From positions 6,223,950-6,287,949 of the forward strand of contig NC_134026.1 in NCBI RefSeq assembly GCF_964204645.1: DNA of 64,000 nucleotides, written 5' to 3'. This document shows, piece by piece, positions 1-11,937 of this stretch; position 1 is the first letter of the stretch; each line of letters opens with the position of its first letter. The notes under the pieces are model-generated. The model saw only the letters and a program-made list of their open reading frames with translations, did not search any database and was not told where the DNA came from. Source of the stretch: Tubulanus polymorphus. Its lineage: Eukaryota > Animalia > Nemertea. The translations under genes were made by a program, and so were the position numbers.

Positions 1-882
1 AGGATTCATCAGCCAACTGAATCACAGAGGTTAGAAGAGGCTTCCCTGCACTGCCCAATGTCCTCTTTCCTCCATCCATTCAGGATAAAGTGCACTCCAC
101 CTTATTAGGTAGCATTGCAACTGCAAATACTTCAGTTGTCCAGAGATACAAATTTAGAATTGAGGAAAGTCTAATCTCAATTACTAAATTTTACTGATTT
201 GGGCAGTTTTTTCCCCGAGTTGCATGTACTGAGTGTTAGCCGGCAGTCTACTCACTGTACACTGTTTAGGCAAAGCCTTTTTTAAACTATTTGAACTGAA
301 GATCCTATGCAGAAAATACTTAACACTAAAACAACCATTGGTGAAAAACTCTTATATTCTTCAATAATTTAACTTTTGAGCAGTAACAAAATTCAAATAA
401 CTGTTGAATAGACACAAATTCTAGAAAAAAGAACATTTATCTTTAAATATAAATATAACTTCATTGCAATCAATCGAACTTCAGAAAATGTTGGAATGGC
501 AGGCACACTGTTCACAGTTGAAACAATTCAAAATACTGTCTAATTGACTCGCGAGTCCCTGTATGGAATATATGAGCTGTAAAAAATATTGCACTTTATT
601 ATAGATACTGTAAAAATATTTCATCAAACATTTGAAAATTCATCACAAATTAACAATAATAGAAAAATTCATTAACGATAATATATTATCAACAATCCTC
701 AACATTGAACAAATGTTCCTTACTCAGAAACCATTGAAGTTTTTAGTGGATTTAATTAAAACAACACTACAGTTCTTGAGGAGTATATTCTGGATTCCAC
801 AGTTTCCAATGTTTTAATCCTGGAGTCGAGTTCAACTATAACCAAGGATTCTGGATCCTAACTAACTGTAACCCCTTCACAT

Positions 883-1708
883 TTACAAACAATCCGCATA
901 AGAATTTTTCGGATTATAAATCAGATTTATCCTTAATTTAAAATTCGGTTTAGATTTATTAGAATTATCCGAAACAGAAGCAGCAGCAACAGTAGTAGTA
1001 GTAGTAGGAATATTCGAGCTTGTAGCTGGTTGAATATTAGACAAGCGACAATGACCCTGATGAAACTTCAAATCATTTTTCATATGAAATGCCGTATTAC
1101 AGTTCGAACAAAAATACGGGCAATTATCGTCATGAGCCGTCATCATGTGCTTCTTCAGAGATTTCATATGGTAATAGTCGTTCGAACAATACCTGCATTT
1201 GTACAATTTAAGAGGGTCATTACTGGAGCATAGATCACTGGTATCTGATGAGTCGCTAATACAGGTAATCACAGACGGGTCCGATGACGATGATGATGAC
1301 GATGATAATGACGTTTCCGACCAAACTTGTAAAACCTCTTCGAAATTACGAGAACGCGCGTTTTTATTTCCGTTTCGATGAACGGATTTTATGTGATTTT
1401 CTAATTTTTCGCCGTCGCGAAAAGTTTCTTTACAAACATTACAACCGAAAAGATTCCCGCGATTGCCGTTAGAACTATATTCAGAATCTGTTGACTTTCG
1501 CTTTAAACCTATTTTCTGTTTGGCCCCCTCAACTGAACCTTTGTTTTTTTCCCCGGACATTTTTTCAAAACCTTGCGGAGAATTTTTGCCGAAATGTGAT
1601 TTTTTATGTTTATCGAGAGCAGCAGTACTCGCGAAAACCTTTTCACAGAATTTACATTTTATATAAAAGTATCTTTTAGAATTAGTTTGATGATTTATCG
1701 TAAAGCCC

Positions 1709-1739
<31 letters not shown>

Positions 1740-3687
1740 ATTTAAAATGCAGGCCTAAATGTGAAATATAATAGCTTTTCATAACATACTGTTTATCGCA
1801 AACACTACATACATAAACATTACTCCGTACATGATCGATCTTATGAACTTCAAGGTCGTAAAGATTGCGACATTCGAATTGACATTGTTGACATGAATAA
1901 AGTCTCTCCGAGGTGTTGTCAAACTGATTGCATATCTCGGAGATTATCTTCTTGTTTTTACTGGTTTTCATTGAATTCAGATTCGATTGTTGTTTCCTCG
2001 CTGGAGAAGGAGAATGAAGCGTGTGACTTTCCTGCGCGACGTCGCATAGAATTTCATCTAGATGTTTCCTCCTGATCGGTGTCGAGGCAGGCATCATATT
2101 ATTAACAGCTACAAATACAAATAAATCATGCACAATAGTGTGTATAGGAAGAAAGGGTTTCGAAAAAAGATGGCCTCGAAAAAATTTTGCAAGTGTTAGA
2201 GGACTTTTAAAAAGGGGAAGTAAGTCCAACTGAAGTAAGTCGAACTGAATACTATCACCTACTGGAAGCAGCACTATAATTCAAATATCTTTGATTAACC
2301 CTTTCAGTGCATCTACACCAGTGTGGTGTACTAATCGGTGATGGACTTTGCTAGTACACCGCATCGTGGTGAATTGATATAATAAGTAATTAGCTGCACC
2401 TGTCAAACATAGTCCAATAGCATAGTGGTTAGAGCACTTGACTGATGACTCTAGTGTGGAGTTCGAATCCAGGTTAGAAACATCAGTCAAGAATGATAAA
2501 CCGCACTGTGGTGTAAATGCACTAAAGTGGTATGCCCGTTATTCAACACACTGGGGTGAAGCTTTTTAACCATTCAAATTATCTCCAGCAAGTTCGAGTA
2601 TTACTAGTAAGTCAGCACTGAAAAGGTTTAATCTTAATATTCGCATTCTTCCATACGTACTACTTGAATGTGATTAGAGAGTAAATATATAGAGCTGTTT
2701 CATTCTCACCTGGAGTAGATTTCTCTTCGATAATCTCAACATCCGAGTCGTCATCCTCTACATTAACCACATCTATACTGCTAGCCGTAAAACTGCCGGG
2801 AATAGCTGTGCAATGCACAGCTCCAAAATTAACTAGATCTTTAACTGGAGGAACAGTCACAGCTCTAGGAGTATCTGGATCAACCACAGCCCCAGGAGTA
2901 TCTGGACTATCCGGAGTGATATCGATCACATCTATTTGTTTTGCGTCTGCAGAATTTTCTGTTTGATGCGATAAACATCCAATAAAAAACTCATTCGATC
3001 GAGTTTGTGAAGATCCTAAAAACACAAAAAGTACCACAAATCTTCAAAAACTGAATCAAACAGGACGACACGAGAAGAGTGACAGGTCCCAAACTAACCA
3101 GAATCCTTTCCATAGATTGCATGATTATAATTGTGATCAATGAATAAATCATCCAAGGTAATCACCTCAACTGAAACAGAAAAAAAGAGATTTACAGAAC
3201 TAGGCCATAGCAAACTGGGTCCATCGTGGGTTGCGGTTAGGTCTGTCTTAGGTCACAGTAAACTGGCCTGGTCTATCCCGTGCCTGCTGGTCTATGTCGG
3301 GCCACAGAAAACTGAGTCTTTGGGTTGCAAGAAACTGGGTTTATCTTGAGTTAAGTAAACTGGGTCTAGCGCCAGTTGCACGCAGTACTGCATTGCTGGT
3401 TGCAGTAATTTGAGTTTATCGTGGTTCACAGTAAACTGGCGTGATCTATCACAGGCCAGGGAGGTCTATCATCAGACCTTGCAGTGAGCTGGGTCTATCT
3501 GATGGGTGGCAGTAAATGCATCTCTCATGATTCAAGAAACTGGGGTCTAGCTGGTTGGTTGCAACAATCTGGGTTTATTCCTGGTCACAGCAAACTGGGT
3601 CTATATCGGGCCATTGTTATTGCGATGACTATTCATTAGGATTGACACCTTTAGGCATATACCTCTATTTATAGAGTTTGATGACAT
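883..3687 (-). CDS. C2H2 zinc-finger protein, 542 aa, 4 coding exons (3687-3663, 3170-3099, 3015-2710, 2108-883)
   Basis: All three introns are GT-AG and phase 1, and the exons join into one 1629-nt frame starting MSSNSINRVEVITLDD with an in-frame stop upstream of the ATG. The last exon has six C2H2/C2HC fingers (e.g. CQQC..H..H, CSVC..HLGLH, CKFC..HKKSH, CNVC..HIKSVH, CRYC..HMMTAH) and poly-Ser tracts. Further 5'UTR exons are likely (e.g. 3986-3892). Confidence 0.85.
2295..2631. mobile_element. piggyBac-like non-autonomous element (MITE) in the zinc-finger intron
   Basis: ttaa|CCCTTTCAGTGC ... GCACTGAAAAGG|tttaa: terminal inverted repeats starting CCC, TTAA-type flanks, no coding capacity. 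Confidence 0.65.
3195..3612. repeat. Degenerate ~33-bp minisatellite
   Basis: Recurrent core (c/g)agtaaactgggtctatc repeated about ten times with decay. Confidence 0.7.
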
Positions 3688-6318
3688 TTTTGTGAACACC
3701 AGCTCCCTGGGCCTGATCACTCCAGTCTCCAGTCCGCAACAACACTGTCACTGAACAGTTGTCCGTTCTACACAGGCACAGTAACGTGACTACTATTAAC
3801 TGAAACTGAAAGTAGAAAAACTAAAATTGAATTTTGAGAGAAAATTTAACATTCTTCTGCCTTTTTTACATTAGAAGAGACCACAACTTACAAAATGTTT
3901 GACAATCTGGATCAGGGTATTTCGAGCGTCTGCGGATATGGGTAGTTTCTTTCTTTCTCGTCTTCTCTTTCAATGGTCGTCACCCGCTAAATAAACATCC
4001 CAATAACAAAACTGAGGAAGAGTGGGGCAGGTGGGTCCAGACAAATAACAGATGATTACCGATATGCGGTTGTCACCGATCTGCCGTTTTATTAACAAAA
4101 TAATATTGATGGATTTATCTCGATTGTTCGCGTGCCACAGTAAGAACTGCTGGGCATTCATATTATGACCGTCATGTGCTGCCCCTATATGAACTAAACT
4201 TCTTATTCGCATGCCACAGTTGGAATATCGCGTAGGGCCGAGTCCGCTGTTACGATAAAATGCCGGGAACAGGGTCGAAATGGCAATGTGGCGTATCCCA
4301 ACAAACATCGATAAAATGTTTCAATTGGAAACATTCTGACATGACCTGCAAATGTGGTTTAGACATGAACAAATTTTCATCGTGGTTTGTGGGAGCGATT
4401 TGTGCAGCATTCCAAGAACGGCCGTTTTACAATGAATTCTTCGTTCGAGAATTAGATTAGTTACATCAATATTTTACACAATTTGATAAACTTCCATAAA
4501 TCTGAGTCTATTGTGTTAGGTTTCCGAGTATCGGTTGTGAATAATAACAGTTCGCTGTTAAAATAATTTTTGCATCTCTTATCTTATGAGCCGTACTAGT
4601 ACTGAGTGCGGCAGTGCCACGCGGATTTCTTAAACGTTAATTATTCATTTTCAAGGTTCGAGTTTGGTATCGAGCTGTCATTCAGAATCACTGACTGAAG
4701 CGGGCCTGTCGGTATTTGGCTGACAAACTGATAAACTGATTCTGTGTTTTCTCTGTAGACTGAGATATTTTCTAATCTGTTCAAATGTTTTACTTTAAAT
4801 TTCACCATTTACAATGAATTCTACGACGAACTTCTAATTTAGTTATATGAATTTATAATACAATAATCAATTTAAATCATGACATTTGGGTAAATTGTAT
4901 TAGCTTTCAGAAACCTCGCTGTTGACAAATCTTTCAAATGAATTGTAGCTATAAATTAGACTCTACTAGGATTTGTTTTTTCCGATGTGACGAGGTATAG
5001 TGCTAGTTAGTTCCACACTCTCTCAGACCGTATAGTAGACTCTCTCAAACAGCCTGAACTCTCATTTGATCCTAATATACTCAACTACCGTACGATGTCA
5101 TTGGTCATTCTGCCTATCTGGTTCCTTTTTCAGGGGAGCCAAGACCCGACGGGATTTATTCTCGGAGCCACCCTACCCATGATGAGGATTTGATACAGCT
5201 ACAACTGCACATATTTGTCTTTTTAATTCATTTCCGGTTCGTCTGAAATGACAGCAGTCACTTCAAATAACTCTAACAGCTGTTGCAGTGTCGCCCTGAA
5301 GCGAACAATCCAGCAGAGCTCCTTCTCTAACCGGTAAACACTCAACAAAGTGGCCACAAAATGCAGTTTAATATAAGGAGGTAAATTTTGATTTTTTGTT
5401 TCCAATTCCATGATTTGATGATTTATTTCTTTCTGAAACGGCTTAAAGGCCCACTGGCAGTATAAAAGCCCAATCAATGTCAGACATGGCAGTATCTTTG
5501 AACCTGTGGAGCAGTGAGGAGCTCCAACGGTTGAAACTGGAATTCTCCTATTTTCTCTGTCAGTTATCCGATTTGGATCCTCCTTTTTGTCAGACATATG
5601 TATTAATGCATAATATATTCATTTCTGCAGTCAAAATTATGTTTTAGGCCCTCCTCTTTGAGTAATTAAGCAATTTCGTTGGTATTTTCTTCAAAATTTG
5701 AATCTTTGAATGACGTAAAGGGAGGAGTTATCCAGTGAATCAGTGTAGCTTGCACGGCACAGTAACAGTAACATGATACCCTAGGTCATCACTACACATA
5801 AACAAAAATATAGACTAATTCATAGTACCTAAATCTCACTACAAAAATCTTTTTTCCCGATCAAGGAATCAGTCTGAAATTTCATACACTTGTTAAGCTT
5901 TCTACCTTCAGTGTTATGCCAAAATTTCATCAAAATTGGATACAAATTGCTAATTTTTAAAAATCTCAAAATTTCGCCAAATTCTTTAATCTTGGTCCTT
6001 TTCTTACAGAAAATGATCACAAGCTTCAGATTTTCATCCCCAATAAGACTGCACCATTTAAAATTACCTCAGAACTTTATATGAAAATTTATGAATTTGT
6101 CAGATATTACAGTGTGTGACCTCTACAGTTACAATTGTGAGCCACCCTTACTCACTGTAAACATCATCAACATGTTAGTGTAGCTAGTGGGACGGCCCAT
6201 CTCAAGTGCTTACCACCCGGTTAACTACTGCTCATACCAATGGGCCTTTAAGTTGTTTGTTGTCTACCTAAACCTGTCGCCAGGTATATTCATTTCTATG
6301 AATGTATGATGATTTCAG

Positions 6319-9300
6319 GTTTGATATCTACCGTAAGGTTCCTAAAGATCTGACCCAACCGACCACGACCGGAGCTTGTATATCTATAATCAGTTGTTTA
6401 ATTATGGCGTCTCTTTTCGCGTGGGAGATTTATGATTTTATCGATGTCGATCTGTGAGTAGAGTATCCATTCATTTCTCGATTAGAATTTCTCAGAAATC
6501 CCCTTTGAATTTTTCCAACTAATAAAAGTATCTTCAATGTTTTGTAATTTTTTTGTAAAAGTTCCTGCGTTTTAAGAAGAAAGCTAATTCATAGATTGTG
6601 TAATGTCAAATTAAAATTGCCCGACTTATTTAGAGTCGTCTCTACACAGCTGTGGGAATAGCATATTTCATGATTCAATAATTGCTCCTTCATATTTGAA
6701 CGAGTCATTCATTCATTGATTTTTGTATCACTGATATAGATTTCACTTTGATATAGCCTACACTTACATTTGTATCATTAATGAAATACTAACCGATTAA
6801 ATAAAAAATTGCAGTAGCATTGATTCTGTATAATATTCAGTATAAAATTTCTGTATCTTGAAAATCACATTCACTGAAAATGAATATAACGTTGTTATGT
6901 TTTCAAATAGAGTTAGTGAATTATTGGTTGATGATCCTGTAGCTCATGCTGAGAGTATACCAGTAATCATTAATGTCACACTTCCTCGTATGAGATGTGA
7001 ATGTAAGTTATTTTCTTATCTACCTCCTGTTGAGATTGCTGTCCCTCTCTTGTTCTCCACCCCTCCCTATCCCTTCAAGGCTCGATTTATAATAATTCAA
7101 GAGATTATCTTCTGAGGATATGAGATCTTCAATGATTAGTATCCCGCCGTGTCAAAGTTTGGTAGGCCCATTTCTAATGCCTCTCTAATCCTTTCTAATG
7201 TAATCAAGAAAACACAGAAAAGAAATTGAATTGAGAATTTTCCAACGGTGAAACCAGAATCCTTGTATCTTGTCAGGATAGTTTTATTTCATGGTTTTCG
7301 TGTGCCAAAACAAAATTCTAGTACCCTCCGGATACCGGGATAGTACCCAAAATCAGGCACTACCCTGACCTTCTCTCCCTCTGTCTCCCTCTCTCTACAT
7401 TCATCTCTCTATTAGTTTTAGGAATTGATATTCAGGATGATCTAGGTCGTCACGATGTGGGTTTTGTTGACGACACGACGAAAACTCCCATCAATGATGA
7501 AAAAGGCTGCATTTTTGCAGCGAAGTTTTTCGTGAATAAGGTACGAATGTTTTAAAGGTTTTAATCACCTCATATCCTGTGACGGATTCAGTGATTATTC
7601 ATTGTTATTGTTTCAATCCATTCTTTCGTTCTAGGAACCGATATGATGATTTTTAAGTTTTAGTAAATATTTCACTACATTCACAAACTCTCTTTGATTA
7701 TATTTTTGATTTTGTTTTCGCATGACTTCTTATTGAACCCAAGTTTTTACGGTAAATTCGTTACCACATTCTAGATTTTTGCTTTTTAGACATTTTTTTC
7801 CCTTTAGAGCTTTTACTAATTCCATTAAACAGCATTTTGTGCCATTACAGTTTTATCATGTATGCATTTGAAACCGCCTCTGGCATGCAATTACTGAAAG
7901 AATGAATGAATGAATGTTACTTGTAATGTAGATAGGCCTAATGGATAATCCTGCAATATTGATATTCTAAAGTTTATTTTTCAGACAGTTTCGAGATTAA
8001 CCTAGATTTCATGTTCAGGAGTGAACTGTTTATCTGAAGATTTTCAGATGAATCTTGAAACTGTCAGATGATTAAACTTTGAAATATTATCATTATGGGA
8101 TTAACCGCAGAAAATAGTTATCGGCTTAATCTGTCATGTTTTAGACAACTCTTGTTCTAATTATTTCAGGTTCCGGGTAATTTTCATGTATCGACACATT
8201 CTTCAGATGCTCAGCCTGAAGAGCCGGACATGGCTCATCGTATTCATCAATTAACATTCGGCTCTTATATCGGCAATGTGCGTTTCTTTGTTATATTGAG
8301 GTTTTTTGAATTCGTCGAATCAATTAGAGAAAAATCTTTCAATATGATATGTATCTCATTTTGTTTAGAATACAACTATTCCTGGTTCATTCAATCCATT
8401 ACAAAATAAAGATGCTACTTCTGAAAGTAATGAAGGTCAGTAGATAATGTTATTTGAGGAAAAATGTGTTTATAAAATGTCTTCGTGTTTTCAAGCTTCT
8501 CAATTATCCTGCTTTTGTTGCTTTTCCAGCTTTGTTAACTCATGAATACTTTTTGAAAGTTGTTCCAACAGTTTATGAGCATCTGAATGGACATAAACAA
8601 TTCCCCTATCAATACACCTTTTCATACAGGGTGAGTCTTGAAAAGTAGAAACATTGCCTTTAACAACAGTCAACAAGAAAATTTGTGAAATTCATGATTC
8701 AAGTTGCTACTAACCAAATAGTTACATATTAAAAAGTTGAATGTAGGCCCTATTTTGTAACAGGGATTTGGCAATTTACCTGAAAGGCCCAGTACTAATA
8801 GGGATATGAAATCGATTTATCTTACGAATATTCCCAAATTATTAAGCAACCATCCCATAATTTGTGTAGCTAGTTTAATTACACTATAAGAATAGATATG
8901 TTGAAATTCAATGTATTTCAAACTAGGCATATGTTCTGTAGCAATACCCATTTCTGAACAATTCTTATTCAACCCCATTCTACTGTAGAATCTCACGTCA
9001 ATAAAATCATGAATGATAGATATGTCTTTTTTGTGTTGGTTAATGCTCGTAATAACGCACAGGTGTTTATTATATTTCAGTCATATTTACAGATGGGCCA
9101 CGGTCATGGCGTGATGCCTGCTATTTGGTTTAGATATGAACTCACTCCTATTAGTGTTAAATACATCGAGCGAAGGAAACCAATTTATGGTTTTATCACT
9201 ACGGTAAGTATCAAAATAAAACATTTTCATAAGAGACAAAAAAGTAAAAATGTTTTGATATGGTATATTCGAGGCCATTGTTGTATGCAATAACTTCAGT

Positions 9301-10680
9301 ATTTCGTCTGAAAGATATACAAATTAACATTTTGAAAATTTGAAGGCTTTTATTTCAAATTTTATCTCAGGGTAAAAAACACTCAATTCAGGATCAAGTT
9401 GTTTTGATAGGAACGCGAATGCAGTCCAGTATGATTCAATCCTAGCAAAGCTATCGAACAATTTCTGTCGGTTTAATGCAAATGTTAAATGCAAATAAAA
9501 GTACATAGAAGATTATACTGCATCCTGTATTGATATAGATGAATCCTGTCTACATTACCTTGAACGCCTCATCATATTATCAATAAAAATCTAATGAAAA
9601 TATATATTTTGTAATATGGACTGTTACTGAAGTCCTGTGGTTAGACAGCTGCTTATGATACCACTTAAAACAATACCCACCCCCTCTCCCCCTGCGGGGA
9701 CTTTACCACTCAAGAGTTAGTGATATCCCACCTGGTGCACATAATCATAGTCTACCGCGCAACAGAACGTGCTATTAGATATAGAAAAGATCTCAGAAAT
9801 TTAGAGATATCGATATTAAAGATTTCAAGCGTATTCTGAAGATATATCAATATGCAGCAACACGCTGTTTACTGAATACATTCACATCTGTTGTGTATAA
9901 ATCATTGATTGTCTATTATCTAATTGTTACAGTTTAAACCACATTTACTGCCTGAAGAATCAATTGTAATTCTACCAAATTCAACATGTAACTGGCTAAA
10001 ATATCCTTCTTATGATAACTTAATAATTTTTTGGTCAAAAATGTCTAAAAACCAATTGCTAGGCCTGGAATGTGATTTATATTTTATATTGTTGTATGAC
10101 GAAGAAACAATTTAAAGATTTGTCTACAAAGAGGAGGCTTTATACATTGTTCTAAAGGGTGAAATGGTGATTATGCAAAACCCAATTCTTGATGTTTTAT
10201 AATGTTTGACACCTCAAAAAACTATACCAAGTTCTTGGGTTAATTTTAAACTAGATTTCCGAAACGCGATAAAAATTGTCTAAAATACTTGATCCCTGTA
10301 GTAGTCATATGAACCTAGTTGAACTGAATGAAATCCACGTAGACAGATTAGCATTCACTTGAAAACTGTGAAAACACAGAACAGTAATTTCATGTACAAT
10401 TAGTCAATCACTTTCTATCGAAATGTGTTTCCATTCTCCATATGTGACCAATTTTGCGACAAATACAGCTTTTATATTCTACATAAAGTGTTGTTTATTG
10501 ATCATGTTGAAATCTATATGATTTATTATTCTAATTTGTACTATTGTTATTTCTTTTTTGTTATTATTTCAGTTATTCGCAATCATCGGCGGAACGTTTA
10601 CAGTGGTTGGTATCATAGATTCGTGCATTTTCTCAGCTGCTGAAGTCATCAAAAAGATCGAAATCGGAAAACAAACTTGA
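6319..10680 (+). CDS. ERGIC1: ER-Golgi intermediate compartment protein 1 (ERGIC-32); exons 6319-6453, 6911-7002, 7416-7540, 8170-8277, 8369-8435, 8530-8630, 9081-9203, 10573-10680; short first coding exon not securely located
   Basis: Spliced translation gives FDIYRKVPKDLTQPT..., LGIDIQDDLGRH, NKVPGNFHVSTH, LKVVPTVYE, PAIWFRYELTPISVKY, AIIGGTFTV..IDS and the end KKIEIGKQT*, all ERGIC1 hallmarks. All junctions are GT-AG and in phase. One candidate exon 1 is ATG 4879 (MTFG|gtaaat), unverified. Confidence 0.93.
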
Positions 10681-11184
10681 TTTTCTTTTAGCTTTAGTCA
10701 TAGTTGGATTTATTATGGAAGAAAGATTTGATATAGTGTATATTTTTATGATTAATTTTTGTAAAAGCTTTGAGCGTGTTTCTATTGTTGGTGCTTTTCT
10801 GTTTTTAATGGCCACAATTTTGGAGAAAGTTTTTAGAAATAATACCGACACAGCTACAATTCTTTCCACTCACACTTAAAACGATATCTATGATCTTGGT
10901 ATTTAATATTACATGATGTATATTGAACTGTTTTAGACTTTTTAATAGTTGCTGGTTCGTTACTTCTGTGGAAATAATGACCTTGCGATAGATTTGCGAA
11001 TCAATCATTTCAACACGAGTAAATTTGAACACAAATTTATATTTACTAATTAAACCTGTCTCTGGTGCATGTATAAATAATGTACATGTTCCTCTTTTGG
11101 TGTTTTTTGCTTGAATTTTATTTCATTTGGAGTTGAATAAAGCCTATCAATTATTATTTAAAGCGAATTTTCATTTAATTTGTG

Positions 11185-11422
11185 GTGGTCATCAGGAGGG
11201 AACTGACCAAAGTCTATTTGTAAGAGAACTGATCATAATGCGGTCATCAGGAGATAGTGACCAGACTGGTCATCAGAAGAGAACTGACCAGTATCTATGG
11301 TCATTAGGAGGGAATTGACCAGTGTCCGTGGCAGCCCATGTACCAGAGAAAAACCAGACCAGTCTGTCATCTTCAGGAGGCAACTGACTAGTGTATGTGG
11401 TCATCAGGAGTTTATGGTCATT
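11185..11422. repeat. Degenerate tandem repeat (gtggtcatcaggagggaactgaccag), second copy at ~18380-18462
   Basis: About 7-8 units of ~30-35 bp. A related array lies in SPEF1 intron 1. Confidence 0.7.
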
Positions 11423-11937
11423 ACAAGGGTTTTCCTGGGATGCTGTTCCATATCCTATGTCTTGACCTTGAACCCGTGATTGATAAAATAGATCCTTGCA
11501 GCTCACAGTATCAGCACTTTTCAACAAACGCACTTGTTATATTCAAATTTCATGTTATACATTTACATGTGATTTATCAATTGACTTAGATATTTATAAA
11601 AAGATTTCATCATTTTCAACATTTTTATCACCATGAAAATAACAATAATGAATATCATTAAAATCGTTTCACCTCATTCTTAAAAATACAAATAATGGAT
11701 CTATAAATATAAATATACCGGGTGTGTTATGTTTAATATTGATGGAAGAAAATGGACGGAAATGATGTGAATTTCTGTACAAGGAAATATTACAATATTT
11801 GGAGAGATTTTGATACAAAATGGTCGACATTGGGTCTCGAATATCGCCCCATTTTACAGTCGAAGTGTTTTATATACACTGTATCCTGTATTCGATGAAT
11901 ATTTCTTCTGATATTTTTCTTATGATATTTTCTTGTT

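Noticed and set aside
2109-2274. N-terminal 55 aa of the 463-aa ORF in the track
   Set aside because: Intronic read-through: a phase-compatible acceptor lies at 2109-2111 and upstream exons supply the real N-terminus.
3195-3612. CRISPR-like periodic repeats here and at 11185-11422
   Set aside because: Eukaryotic context, degenerate units, no unique spacers and no cas genes: these are minisatellites.
5179-5246. ATGATGA...CTGA pair resembling a C/D snoRNA in ERGIC1 intron 1
   Set aside because: No terminal stem and no recognisable rRNA or snRNA guide.
5223-5597. 124-aa minus-strand ORF
   Set aside because: No recognisable domain. It lies in what looks like decayed transposon sequence and cannot be supported as a gene.
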